This document shows positions 42,509-52,297 of a DNA stretch of 64,000 nucleotides, one piece after another. Positions within the stretch are counted from its first letter, which is position 1, and every line of letters begins with the position of its first letter. The stretch is from an uncultured cyanobacterium (GTDB taxonomy: Bacteria; Cyanobacteriota; Cyanobacteriia; Cyanobacteriales; Nostocaceae). The DNA is taken from contig CAVUDP010000002.1 in NCBI GenBank assembly GCA_963740315.1, forward strand, positions 1,376,001 to 1,440,000, given 5' to 3'. The notes under the pieces were generated by a model. It had not been told where the DNA came from. It saw nothing but the letters and a program-made list of their open reading frames with translations, and did not search any database. The position numbers were made by a program, and so were the translations under genes.

Positions 42509-42538
42509 GCCTCATCCCTGGGATGGGGCTTTTTTTTT
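42509..42538 (+). terminator. Rho-independent terminator
   Basis: GCCTCATCC-CTG-GGATGGGGC followed by a T run. Confidence 0.7.
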
Positions 42539-42943
42539 AGGTCGAAGCTTAAAAATAAGTTCTTGTGCCAACATTCAATTAAACATTTCGTTTAGGTATC
42601 GAGTAGGGAACGGTTATAGTAATATTTTTCTCTACTTACAATAAATTTATCTGGAATCCAACTAGTAATTTTAAATTAAATTTGGTGTAATTTAAGTAGA
42701 TTACTTAGGACAAATAAAACTATTAATACATTTATTCTCTGACTAAAAAGTAATAATTGTGACTACTGCCACTGAGGGTACGATGATGGTCTTTACATAA
42801 GTAGGGCGTTTGAGAATTAATCCAGTCAAAATTTAAACGTGGATATGAAAATTAATATATTTAGCTCAGATAGACTATAGTTTATCTGACATTCCTGCGT
42901 TACTCTGGATAACACCTGTGGTCTTGGAGAAATTGGCGATCGT

Positions 42944-45571
42944 ATGTCCTTTGTACCTTTACACATTCATAGTGACTATAGCTTGCTTGATGGTGCGTCT
43001 CAGTTGCCCGGTTTGATTGACCGTGCGATCGAATTGGGAATGAAGGCGATCGCGCTGACCGATCACGGGGTAATGTACGGCGCGGTTGAGTTAATAAAAA
43101 TATGTCGCAATAAAAGTTTCAAGCCGATTATCGGTAATGAAATGTATATTATTAACGGCGATATCACCAAGCAGGAACGCCGTCCCCGTTACCATCAGGT
43201 TGTTTTGGCGAAGAACAATCGGGGTTATAAGCATTTAACTAAGCTAACTACAATATCTCATTTGGAAGGGGTGCAGGGAAAAGGAATTTTTTCGCGTCCA
43301 TGCATAAATAAAGAATTATTAAAACAGTACCACGAAGATTTAATTGTTACCAGCGCTTGTCTGGGTGGAGAAATACCCCAAGCGATTATGAGCGGTAGAC
43401 CGGATGTAGCCAGGAGAGTGGCAAAATGGTATCAAGATACATTTGGTGAAGATTATTATTTAGAAATTCAAGACCACGGTTCTCAAGAAGACCGGGTTGT
43501 GAACGTAGAAATAGTCAAAATTGCCAGAGAATTGGGAATCAAGCTGATAGCAACTAACGATTCTCACTATACTTCTTGTAACGATGTAGAAGCCCACGAT
43601 GCCTTGCTGTGCATTCAAACAGGAAAGAAGATTTTTGAAGATAAACGAATGCGTTACAGCGGTACGGAATATTTAAAATCTGCCTCGGAAATGAAGCAGT
43701 TATTTCGCGATCATTTACCGGAAGATGTCATAGAAGAAGCTGTTACTAATACAGTAGAAGTTGCGGATAAAATTGAACCTTATGATATTTTAAGTGCCCC
43801 TAGAACTCCTCATTTTCCCATACCATCGGGTCACACTGCCGATACTTTTGTAGAAGAAGTAACTTGGGCGGGACTTTTAGAAAAGTTAAATCGTAAATCC
43901 CGCAGCGAAATAGATAATACTTATAAAGAAAGGCTGGAATACGAGTTAAGAATGATTCAGAAGATGGGTTTCTCTGAATACTTTTTAGTAGTGTGGGACT
44001 ACATCAAATTTGCTCGTGATAGTAATATTCCCGTAGGTCCGGGAAGAGGTTCGGCGGCTGGTTCTTTGGTAGCATACAGTATGGGTATAACGAATATTGA
44101 CCCCGTACATCATGGATTATTATTCGAGCGTTTCTTGAATCCAGAAAGAAAATCCATGCCTGATATTGATACGGATTTTTGTATAGAAAGCCGCGACAAA
44201 GTTATTGATTATGTAACTCGTCAATATGGAAAAGATAAAGTCGCTCAAATTATTACTTTTAACCGATTGACTTCTAAAGCGGTATTAAAAGATGTTGCCA
44301 GGGTGTTAGATATTCCTTACGGGGAAGCCGATAAAATGGCGAAATTAATTCCCGTAGCGAGGGGTAAACCAGCTAAGTTGAAAAAGATGATTGCCGACGA
44401 TACCCCGGAACCGCTATTTAAAGAAAGATACGATAACGATCCAGGAGTTAAACACTGGATAGACATGGCAATTCGCATCGAAGGAACCAACAAAACCTTC
44501 GGGGTTCATGCTGCGGGTGTGGTAATTTCAGCCGAACCTTTAGATGAAATTGTGCCGTTACAAAGGAATAATGATGGTTCTGTAATTACTCAATATTACA
44601 TGGAAGATATCGAATCGATGGGTTTGTTAAAAATGGACTTTTTGGGTTTAAGAAACCTAACCATGATTGATAAAACTATCGATTTAATCCAAGAAAAAAT
44701 AGGATATAGAATAGATCCCTACGATATTACTGCTCAAGAAAGAAAAGCACAAAAGATATTAGCTAAAGGTGGGGAAACAGCCAAACTTCCCAACGATGTC
44801 AGAAAAACTTACGAATTATTAGAAGCGGGAGATTTAGAAGGAATATTTCAGTTAGAATCTTCCGGAATGCGACAAATTGTTAGAGATTTGAAACCTTCCA
44901 ATATAGAAGATATCTCATCAATTTTAGCGCTTTATCGACCCGGACCATTAGATGCGGGATTAATTCCTAAGTTTATCGATCGCAAACACGGAAGAGAAGA
45001 AATTGCATACGATGCCAAAGTTTTAGAACCGATTCTTGATGAAACCTACGGAATTATGGTTTATCAAGAGCAAATCATGAAAATTGCTCAAGACATGGCT
45101 GGTTATTCCTTGGGGCAAGCCGATTTGCTGCGTCGAGCAATGGGTAAAAAGAAAGTATCAGAAATGCAGAAACATCGCGAAATTTTTATCGATGGTTCCG
45201 CAAAAAATGGAGTTAGCAAACAAATTGCCGAAGCATTATTCGAGCAAATGATTAAATTTGCAGAATATTGCTTGAGTTACGACACCGAAATTTTAACCGA
45301 AGAATATGGCTTGATGCCCATAGGTAAAATAGTTGAAAATAAAATTGAATGTACCGTGTATAGCGTCGATGAAAATGGGAATATTTACAGTCAAGCGATC
45401 GCACAGTGGCACGATCGCGGAATGCAAGAAGTATTTGAATATGAATTAGAAGATGGTTCGATAATTCGGGCTACTAAGGATCATAAATTTATGACAGTTG
45501 ACGGGGAAATGTTGAGTATTGATGAGATATTTGAAAGGGGATTGGAGTTGAAGCAGGTGAAGGGATTGTAG
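42944..45571 (+). CDS. dnaE: DNA polymerase III alpha, N-terminal half with split intein N-fragment
   Basis: PHP domain ([12 protein letters not shown]), [15 protein letters not shown]; ends [14 protein letters not shown]... Confidence 0.97.
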   Translation: MSFVPLHIHSDYSLLDGASQLPGLIDRAIELGMKAIALTDHGVMYGAVELIKICRNKSFKPIIGNEMYIINGDITKQERRPRYHQVVLAKNNRGYKHLTKLTTISHLEGVQGKGIFSRPCINKELLKQYHEDLIVTSACLGGEIPQAIMSGRPDVARRVAKWYQDTFGEDYYLEIQDHGSQEDRVVNVEIVKIARELGIKLIATNDSHYTSCNDVEAHDALLCIQTGKKIFEDKRMRYSGTEYLKSASEMKQLFRDHLPEDVIEEAVTNTVEVADKIEPYDILSAPRTPHFPIPSGHTADTFVEEVTWAGLLEKLNRKSRSEIDNTYKERLEYELRMIQKMGFSEYFLVVWDYIKFARDSNIPVGPGRGSAAGSLVAYSMGITNIDPVHHGLLFERFLNPERKSMPDIDTDFCIESRDKVIDYVTRQYGKDKVAQIITFNRLTSKAVLKDVARVLDIPYGEADKMAKLIPVARGKPAKLKKMIADDTPEPLFKERYDNDPGVKHWIDMAIRIEGTNKTFGVHAAGVVISAEPLDEIVPLQRNNDGSVITQYYMEDIESMGLLKMDFLGLRNLTMIDKTIDLIQEKIGYRIDPYDITAQERKAQKILAKGGETAKLPNDVRKTYELLEAGDLEGIFQLESSGMRQIVRDLKPSNIEDISSILALYRPGPLDAGLIPKFIDRKHGREEIAYDAKVLEPILDETYGIMVYQEQIMKIAQDMAGYSLGQADLLRRAMGKKKVSEMQKHREIFIDGSAKNGVSKQIAEALFEQMIKFAEYCLSYDTEILTEEYGLMPIGKIVENKIECTVYSVDENGNIYSQAIAQWHDRGMQEVFEYELEDGSIIRATKDHKFMTVDGEMLSIDEIFERGLELKQVKGL
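45269..45568 (+). other. DnaE split intein N-part (100 aa)
   Basis: [42 protein letters not shown]. Confidence 0.95.
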
Positions 45572-45707
45572 GGTGTGTGACGTTTTGAGGAATTGAAGTG
45601 TTTATAGCGTCACGCACCGATGATAATTTATAGTTATATGAAATTAAGATATTAAACCGCAGAGACGCTGAGAACGCTGAGGAAGAGGGAATAGAGAGAA
45701 TTTGGAA

Positions 45708-46328
45708 TTAAGCAGCAACAAGATTATCTAACTGTAATTCACATTGTTGAAATATGTAATTAACAGCAGCAAATATTTTATCTAGCTCGTAGATAGTGTA
45801 AGGGGTATTGTCTTTAGTAAATAAATTATTTTCTAGTTTTCCAAATTGCCAGCGATCGCCATTTGAAACAATACCGAAAATGGTTACTTGAATCTCTTTA
45901 TTAAGACTTTTTGCAGTAATCATTTCTGCCAAACATTGCGCCCAACCTCCCTCAAAGTCGTCTTGTTTGGCTTCTACTAAAATAAAATACGGCTTATCAA
46001 ATACGATTTTTCCTAAAGATGACCTTTTAGCAAGAATATATTCGGGGAAACCTGATAAATTCTCATCATAATTTAGTGAATGGTGACTCCACAAAGTAAA
46101 CTTACTGTTATAAAGTTTCCAAACTTCTTTTAAAACTGGATAGATAATATTTTCACAAATAGCAAACTCCGAACTATAAACAACTCCTTCCCGCATTACT
46201 ATTTCTAAATCTTCTCGGAAGTAATCGGGAATATTAAATTCAGCTTCAGTCATGAAATTTGCTTCAGTATAGGTGACTTGAAACGCTTTGAGTACTTCAC
46301 TAAGGGTTTTGTAACTGCTGAAAGACAT
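45708..46328 (-). CDS. PD-(D/E)xK-like (HsdR_N/Mrr-like) nuclease-fold protein
   Basis: LSGFPEY..ILVEAKQDDF..GWAQCLAEM..FGIVSNGDRWQFGKL. Confidence 0.65.
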   Translation of the reverse strand: MSFSSYKTLSEVLKAFQVTYTEANFMTEAEFNIPDYFREDLEIVMREGVVYSSEFAICENIIYPVLKEVWKLYNSKFTLWSHHSLNYDENLSGFPEYILAKRSSLGKIVFDKPYFILVEAKQDDFEGGWAQCLAEMITAKSLNKEIQVTIFGIVSNGDRWQFGKLENNLFTKDNTPYTIYELDKIFAAVNYIFQQCELQLDNLVAA

Positions 46329-46374
46329 ATGTTTTTATTTTTTACGTTTTCATTAAATCAACTAATACTAATCC

Positions 46375-47550
46375 TCACCAACTTTCAGTCATTCTGTTTA
46401 AATCGGCAACACAAGCAGCGCTTTGTCCGGGAGTGGTAGCAGATGTTTCTATAATAAACTTAACCGTCCATGTACCGTTACTATAAGTACCTTCGATTTC
46501 GTCTCCTTTTAAACGAAATAATGAGGTAGAAGGTAAATCTGGATTCCAGTAATCGGTACGACAAGCACGAACATAAGAAAAATCTGAAACAATTTTTTCT
46601 AATAAATTAAAGATTGGTGTTCTTGCATTTCCCCAACTATGGTTGGGTAATCGCGGCTGTTGTTTTTGAGGTACGCTTGGAGGTAATATTTCGTCGCGAA
46701 ATGATTCAAACCTTCCTTTAAAAGTTTCGTGAAAAATTTGTCCTGTAGGTGAAAGTTCTAAATAAATATCATCATTATCGTTAGAATCAATTCTTTCTAC
46801 CAAAGCTTCCAAGCGTTCATCCCAATCATTTTCTATCTCGCTGTATAATACAATTTCACCTCTATCAAGCGCAGTTAATAATCCACTTTTTTCTAACCAT
46901 ATACTAAAGTCAAGTGCAATTGGCATTGGAGGAAAGGCTATAATCTCACTAAAGAATTCGTGTTTATAATAAACTGGAACTTCTAGAGATTGTCCCATTA
47001 ATACTCCAATAGCTATTTGTGCTTTGTACCCTCCAGTAGCGTTGATAGCACAGTAACTCGCATTTCTTTCTCGGACAACTTTACTAATTATTTTAGTAAG
47101 ATTTCTTAGTCCTTTGGTACGAAAAAGTTTAGGGTCTTTATCTTGTAAATGTTCGATTTTATATAGTTCGGTTTTATGCCCTTCAGCTTCGTAGTAATGT
47201 TGAAGAATATTAGCAATATTTTCACCTTGTTCTGTTGCTGAATAGCAGAAGACAAGCAAAGAATTTTCTGCACAATATTCACGCTGAATTAAGTCGGTAA
47301 TAGAATTGATTTCAGCACCGCACAATCTTATAGTTGCTGGAATTGTTGCTAATAGTTGTGCTACATCATCCCAATTTTCGTTATTAAATGCTGTTTTAAG
47401 GTTAGTAACTAATTCTAATGTTAGATACTTCTGGTCTTTTTGTGGTTGTCTTGATAGCCAGTTCTCGTAATGTTCTGGAGATGGAAGTCCTTGAAGATTT
47501 GGTCTAAATAAACTTGTTCCTAAAGTAGAAATTAATGTGTTTGTTTTCAT
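46375..47550 (-). CDS. CRISPR-associated CARF protein, APE2256 type, with extra C-terminal domain
   Basis: ISTLGTSL, GAEINS, INATGGYKA and VYYKHE..I..PPMP motifs. Confidence 0.82.
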   Translation of the reverse strand: MKTNTLISTLGTSLFRPNLQGLPSPEHYENWLSRQPQKDQKYLTLELVTNLKTAFNNENWDDVAQLLATIPATIRLCGAEINSITDLIQREYCAENSLLVFCYSATEQGENIANILQHYYEAEGHKTELYKIEHLQDKDPKLFRTKGLRNLTKIISKVVRERNASYCAINATGGYKAQIAIGVLMGQSLEVPVYYKHEFFSEIIAFPPMPIALDFSIWLEKSGLLTALDRGEIVLYSEIENDWDERLEALVERIDSNDNDDIYLELSPTGQIFHETFKGRFESFRDEILPPSVPQKQQPRLPNHSWGNARTPIFNLLEKIVSDFSYVRACRTDYWNPDLPSTSLFRLKGDEIEGTYSNGTWTVKFIIETSATTPGQSAACVADLNRMTESW

Positions 47551-47562
47551 GATGATTTTTCC

Positions 47563-48330
47563 TTAAATATGTTGAACAATTTGTGTCTGTCCCATTCCCA
47601 ACCGGGTTTTCATTCCCGTACCTGCAAACTCTGCATAATTAACTAACAAATGAGCTACATTCGCTAACAATTCATCAGCACGGTTGAAAACTTGTAACGT
47701 CACATCTCCCACAAATCCATTTACATAACCTTTTTGTAATTGCCAACCTCGTGTTTGAATCTTATGATGTTTAAATAAAATTGCTTCGTTAAGGTAGGCT
47801 ATTAAATCATCGCTTCCTAAGTAAACGGGTGCAAAATGATTCCAACGTTCCAACCAGCTACGAAACATTGATACAGGGATGGGAAGAGGTAAGTTTGTTT
47901 TACCTTGTGAAAATGCTGTCGGTGTAATAAATTGCAGTTCAAATTTTCTGATGGGTTCTGGTTCGTTAGCTACTAAATTTGTATAAAGTTCTTCGTAGCT
48001 GGTAATTTTATCTTCCCGGTTAATGACGTTAAATTTTGCACCGAGAAATTCTAAGTTTTCTGATAGTTGTAATGATAAAATTGATTTAGCAGAAATTTCG
48101 CTGATTCCAGATAAGGCTAAATTATAAAATTCTTCTGGATGGAAAGTAAAAAAGTCTTTGTTGGTGGAATAATAACCAAGGATTCCGGAGTAAGAAGTTG
48201 AAGGTATTTTTTCGCTTCCTAACTCTAAATCTAGTTGTTGATGCAGTTGTTTTACTAGTTCTAAATTGTAGGAACGGGGTAAAACTGTCGGTTCGGATAC
48301 TGTTAATGTCCAATTAGAACGAATTAGCAT
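47563..48330 (-). CDS. cas6: CRISPR pre-crRNA endoribonuclease Cas6
   Basis: FITPTAF, GFVG and G-loop AGTGMKTRLGMG. Confidence 0.93.
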   Translation of the reverse strand: MLIRSNWTLTVSEPTVLPRSYNLELVKQLHQQLDLELGSEKIPSTSYSGILGYYSTNKDFFTFHPEEFYNLALSGISEISAKSILSLQLSENLEFLGAKFNVINREDKITSYEELYTNLVANEPEPIRKFELQFITPTAFSQGKTNLPLPIPVSMFRSWLERWNHFAPVYLGSDDLIAYLNEAILFKHHKIQTRGWQLQKGYVNGFVGDVTLQVFNRADELLANVAHLLVNYAEFAGTGMKTRLGMGQTQIVQHI

Positions 48331-48340
48331 AATTATAAAA

Positions 48341-49621
48341 CTATTTAACTTTGAATTTCACCCATCCCGGTACAAATTTGATATCACCACTTGGAGTTTT
48401 TACAGTTCTTCTACTTTTTGGGGCTTCAAAATCAGTTGCTTTCAAACCGCAAGTATCGCGGATTTCTGCTCTTAAATCGTCAGGAAAACACAAACCAACG
48501 GTAATTCCTGTCATTCCGCTACCCCAACCCAACCTAAGTTGATACGGACATTTTTCTGATTCGTACAATTCGCGGATATAACTAAAATTTAAATTTTTGC
48601 CTGCTGCGTTAGGATTATTTTCAATATTTTGCCAGTAATCGTGTTCGTAATCCCATTGTTCTTGAGCGAATTCTTGACAAATTTTTAAAAGTTCATCAAG
48701 GTTATTAAATGGTAATTTCATTCCTTGGTTATGTTTGAACCATGAAAGCATTTCTGTATCTAAACTAAGAGTAAATTCTGTATCAACTTGTTTTACCATT
48801 TCAGCGTAGATAGAAGCTCGATATTTAGCGGAATAATCGGGAAATCTACTTGAAACTATCACTTCAGGAACTACAGGTAAATTAAGAGGTATTCGTCTTC
48901 CATTTGTGGCTATTGCCGATTTTTCTAAAAGTGGTTGTGAATCTGTTACTTGTAGCGCTCTTAAAATATCGGTATTTTGACTTGTACCGGAGAAAGTTCT
49001 ATCTTGATAAGTAAGACTGTAATCAGAAAAGAAACTATCCATAAACATATCATCAGCAAACTTTTGGTTACGTTTATTGCTGAGTTCTCCTATATTTTTT
49101 CTTAACTTTTCTTCAATTGCGCTTACTCGTTGATTTGATGGTACTTGGTAACTATCTGCGTGTTTTAATAGATGATAGGCGATCGCAGTTCTTATGGCTC
49201 CTTTAATTGAGGAACCAGGGATAAATAATTCTCCCATTCCGTTACGAATCATCGGACGTAAATCTGTAATTTTATCTTCCGTCCATTTGCGACTTATGAA
49301 AATATCGGGAAAATTTTTTTCTCCATTAGCTGCTGTAGTATTCCACCATTCTTTACCAAAAGCGTTTTCTAATAGTCTGCTAATATCTTCTCGTTGTTCA
49401 ATTACGGTGATGTAGTCATTTAAAAAGCTTCCTCCCTGTTGATATAAAGCTTTAGTTAACGCTTCTTGATTGGGAAGATAAACTTTTTTTGATGTCTGTA
49501 CGTATTCAAAGGGATTTAATCGGGATACTGATGAACCAATATGTAGTATAGGACTGGTTAAACGTATCTTTTTTGATTCGTAAACTTGAGGTTTATTGAG
49601 TGGAGGAAAAGTTGATTTCAT
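48341..49621 (-). CDS. csm5: Type III-A RAMP Csm5
   Basis: LTSPILHIGS, FIPGSSIKGAIRTA, LRLGWGSG and PKSRR..PGWV. Confidence 0.9.
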   Translation of the reverse strand: MKSTFPPLNKPQVYESKKIRLTSPILHIGSSVSRLNPFEYVQTSKKVYLPNQEALTKALYQQGGSFLNDYITVIEQREDISRLLENAFGKEWWNTTAANGEKNFPDIFISRKWTEDKITDLRPMIRNGMGELFIPGSSIKGAIRTAIAYHLLKHADSYQVPSNQRVSAIEEKLRKNIGELSNKRNQKFADDMFMDSFFSDYSLTYQDRTFSGTSQNTDILRALQVTDSQPLLEKSAIATNGRRIPLNLPVVPEVIVSSRFPDYSAKYRASIYAEMVKQVDTEFTLSLDTEMLSWFKHNQGMKLPFNNLDELLKICQEFAQEQWDYEHDYWQNIENNPNAAGKNLNFSYIRELYESEKCPYQLRLGWGSGMTGITVGLCFPDDLRAEIRDTCGLKATDFEAPKSRRTVKTPSGDIKFVPGWVKFKVK

Positions 49622-49644
49622 TTATTTAATGTTTAATGATATCT

Positions 49645-49691
49645 GGCGGTTGAAACCGCAGCTACACAAGCAAAGTCCGCCTGCGCGGACT
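49645..49691. repeat. Small double-hairpin dispersed repeat between csm4 and csm5
   Basis: GCGGTT-G-AAACCGC and AGTCCGC-CTGC-GCGGACT. Confidence 0.6.
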
Positions 49692-49702
49692 ATAATTATT
49701 AG

Positions 49703-50740
49703 TTAAATTTGTTGTATTTTGATTGGTAAACTTAAACCAATACCATTACGATAAATGCGATGTCTTTTAAATTGATTTGGCGTTACGTCTACTAATTTTC
49801 CCTCTGGTTGCTGTGAGAAAACAGAACCTTCTATAAACATCCGCACCTTTTTACGACGCAGGTTCATATCTCCTATCCAACCACCGCATTCTATAATTTC
49901 ATAAGCAGAGTTTTTCAGGAATTCTTGAGATATATCTGAATCCCAAAATAAGCTAATTAATTCGTGATGAGTTCCTTTTGCTTCAACTACATCACGCCAA
50001 CTTTTTGGTAATTCCAACCATTCGATTTCAAACCTTCCCGCACCGCTAGAACGTTCTCCACCTAATCCTTCTTCTCCTAATAACTCTAAAGCTGCTTTTA
50101 GTTGATTGGCTAGTTTTTCACCTTCGGGAGTGAATTTTAATAGGAAGTATAAACCCGATATGCTTTTCTCCCATTGAAATTGTACGAAACCTGTATGGTA
50201 AAAGTTAGTTGCTCTAGTAGTTCTGTCTATTGCGACTTTCGGATGTTTGTCGATTTCGTAAGCTTGGCTGTAATTAAAAACTCCAGCTTTATCTAATTTA
50301 CCGTTAGTTTCCTTAGTGTTAGTTCTGTCAATTAATTCTTGAATATCTTCGTTGTTAATTCCATCATTTTGATACCATCTTCGCCAAACTTCTAAAGGTA
50401 AATAACTCAGCTTTTTATAAGTTTTGAAAAAATCTAAGTCTTCCTTTGGATAATTAATCGGAAACTGTTGAGGACGAGGAAGATAGTATATAGTTGTATT
50501 TTCTTTTTGATGGTAAATAAAGGTAGAACTCATCCGCACGGGTGGAGAAGATGCATTAAATTTATCCAATAAGCTTTCAATCGCATCTTTACCGAATAAC
50601 CTTGCATAAACACTCATCCAAGCACTAAATAATGTGTCAGACTGGACTCTTTCTACAGTTTCTTCCATCCCAATACCCAATCGACCAAAATGAGCGGGAT
50701 TACTGCCAAAATTGAGTTTAATTAACTTCCAATTGCTCAT
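49703..50740 (-). CDS. csm4: Type III-A RAMP Csm4
   Basis: AHFG, SDTLFSA, RMSSTF, IDR, GLGGERSSGAGRF and EGSVF. Confidence 0.92.
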   Translation of the reverse strand: MSNWKLIKLNFGSNPAHFGRLGIGMEETVERVQSDTLFSAWMSVYARLFGKDAIESLLDKFNASSPPVRMSSTFIYHQKENTTIYYLPRPQQFPINYPKEDLDFFKTYKKLSYLPLEVWRRWYQNDGINNEDIQELIDRTNTKETNGKLDKAGVFNYSQAYEIDKHPKVAIDRTTRATNFYHTGFVQFQWEKSISGLYFLLKFTPEGEKLANQLKAALELLGEEGLGGERSSGAGRFEIEWLELPKSWRDVVEAKGTHHELISLFWDSDISQEFLKNSAYEIIECGGWIGDMNLRRKKVRMFIEGSVFSQQPEGKLVDVTPNQFKRHRIYRNGIGLSLPIKIQQI

Positions 50741-51710
50741 GCTTTACCTTCTGCTGGGGGTAAACGCTTTTGAATTTCGCTGGTTAAACTACCAAAATTT
50801 TCTAATAAAACAGAGGTATCGGCTACTGTTTGAATAGGTTTAAGAAAGTCTGTTCCCCCACCTGTAATTTTTTTGTATTGATCTAAGTTGCGATAGTATA
50901 ATTGAAAGTTTTTAAACCGAACTTTACCGTATCCCCGCGAACCATGTCCCCCTAAAGCATCGTCTTCAAGAATTGCTAAAGCTATGGCAATATTTTGTAA
51001 GTCTTCTATAGCTTGTTCGGCATCTTCGACGGTATAAACAAGTTCAAAATTGAATTGAGAACCTGCTGGTACTCTTTCTAACTGTCGGGGGTTTGCTGCT
51101 GCGGTTACTCTATCGATACCATTTTCAAACTTCCATTCGGTCATGTAAATACCGTATCAATTTCTCGAAGTTTGGTTGCAGATTCTTCTACTAAATGACA
51201 GTCTCGCACCATTAAACGTGCTGGAGCGTTACGTCCGCGATTGATTTTTGTGCAGTTTTGATTTTGAATTGTACGAGTAGGACTATCATTTTCTAATAAT
51301 CCTTCTTGTGTAGCTACATCAATTGGCATCCAAAATTTAGAACCGCCAGTAGAACCAAATAACCTGCTTATTTGACAAGTTCGTGCGCCTTCATAAGGAA
51401 TAAATAACCCATCAATTTCTGTATAACCATCGACCAAATCATCACTTTCATAGCGATAAGTATTGCTTCCCCCGGTTCTATTTAGAGGTTTATTTTGCAA
51501 TCTTTCTAATATAGAACGTAGCTTTCCTTTTATTGAAGAACCAGGTAAATAGGGATATTTTGTTAAAGGATCGCGAATTACAGGTTTATCGATTCCACCT
51601 ATATCTAAAGTTTCGCCACCTCCGCCTATATGTAAACCAGTTTCTACATTAATATGACTGGTTAAACGGATTTTTCCGAGTAAAGGTTTTTGTGTTAATG
51701 ATGCAGGCAT
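50737..51710 (-). pseudogene. csm3: Type III-A Csm3 (Cas7-like), split by a 1-nt frameshift near 51150
   Basis: TGLHIGG, DIGGIDKPVIRDP and PGSSIKGKLRS in ORF 51141-51710; TEWKFENGIDR, ANPRQLERVP and LGGHGSRGYG in ORF 50737-51144. Confidence 0.9.
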
Positions 51711-51779
51711 ATTTCAATTTTGGATTTTGGATTTGGGATTTGGGATTGAATATTCTATGTGTCAGATTAAAGCTGAAAA

Positions 51780-52295
51780 TTATTTTCCACCTTCTGCTTT
51801 GTGGTAGGCAATGATTGATTCAATTAATTGAACTAATCTTTCAAAATCTTGTTTATTGTGAACTGCGTCTATCGCTACTTTCATCACATCGCTCAAAGGT
51901 TTAGCAGCTTTTTGTCTTGCTGCTGCGTATGCTAATTTAGGTTTTAATAAGACTATATCAGTTTCAATCTTGGAGAAATCACCTGTATCTGCTAGAACCG
52001 CTTTTAGTCTATTTATTGCATCTAAAAATTTACGAACTTGGTTTGTTTCTAGTTTGTCACGTTTTAAACAAGGACCAAATTCTTCAGCATGTTTAACTAA
52101 ATCTCGAATCGGATAATCCTTTAACTTATTATCCAAACTGTTGATTTTATCGATAATGTCCTTGACAATATCCGTAGATTGATTGCTGTTATTACGCGAG
52201 TTAGATTGTCCCCTATTAGTATTAGTTCGATTTTCAGATCCCTTCGGTGACGGTGTTGGAACTGGACGATTAACTGGTCTATTAGGTTGTGTCAT
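51780..52295 (-). CDS. csm2: Type III-A small subunit Csm2
   Basis: TNQVRKF, LLKPKLAYAAAR and ESIIAYHK. Confidence 0.93.
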   Translation of the reverse strand: MTQPNRPVNRPVPTPSPKGSENRTNTNRGQSNSRNNSNQSTDIVKDIIDKINSLDNKLKDYPIRDLVKHAEEFGPCLKRDKLETNQVRKFLDAINRLKAVLADTGDFSKIETDIVLLKPKLAYAAARQKAAKPLSDVMKVAIDAVHNKQDFERLVQLIESIIAYHKAEGGK

Positions 52296-52297
52296 AA

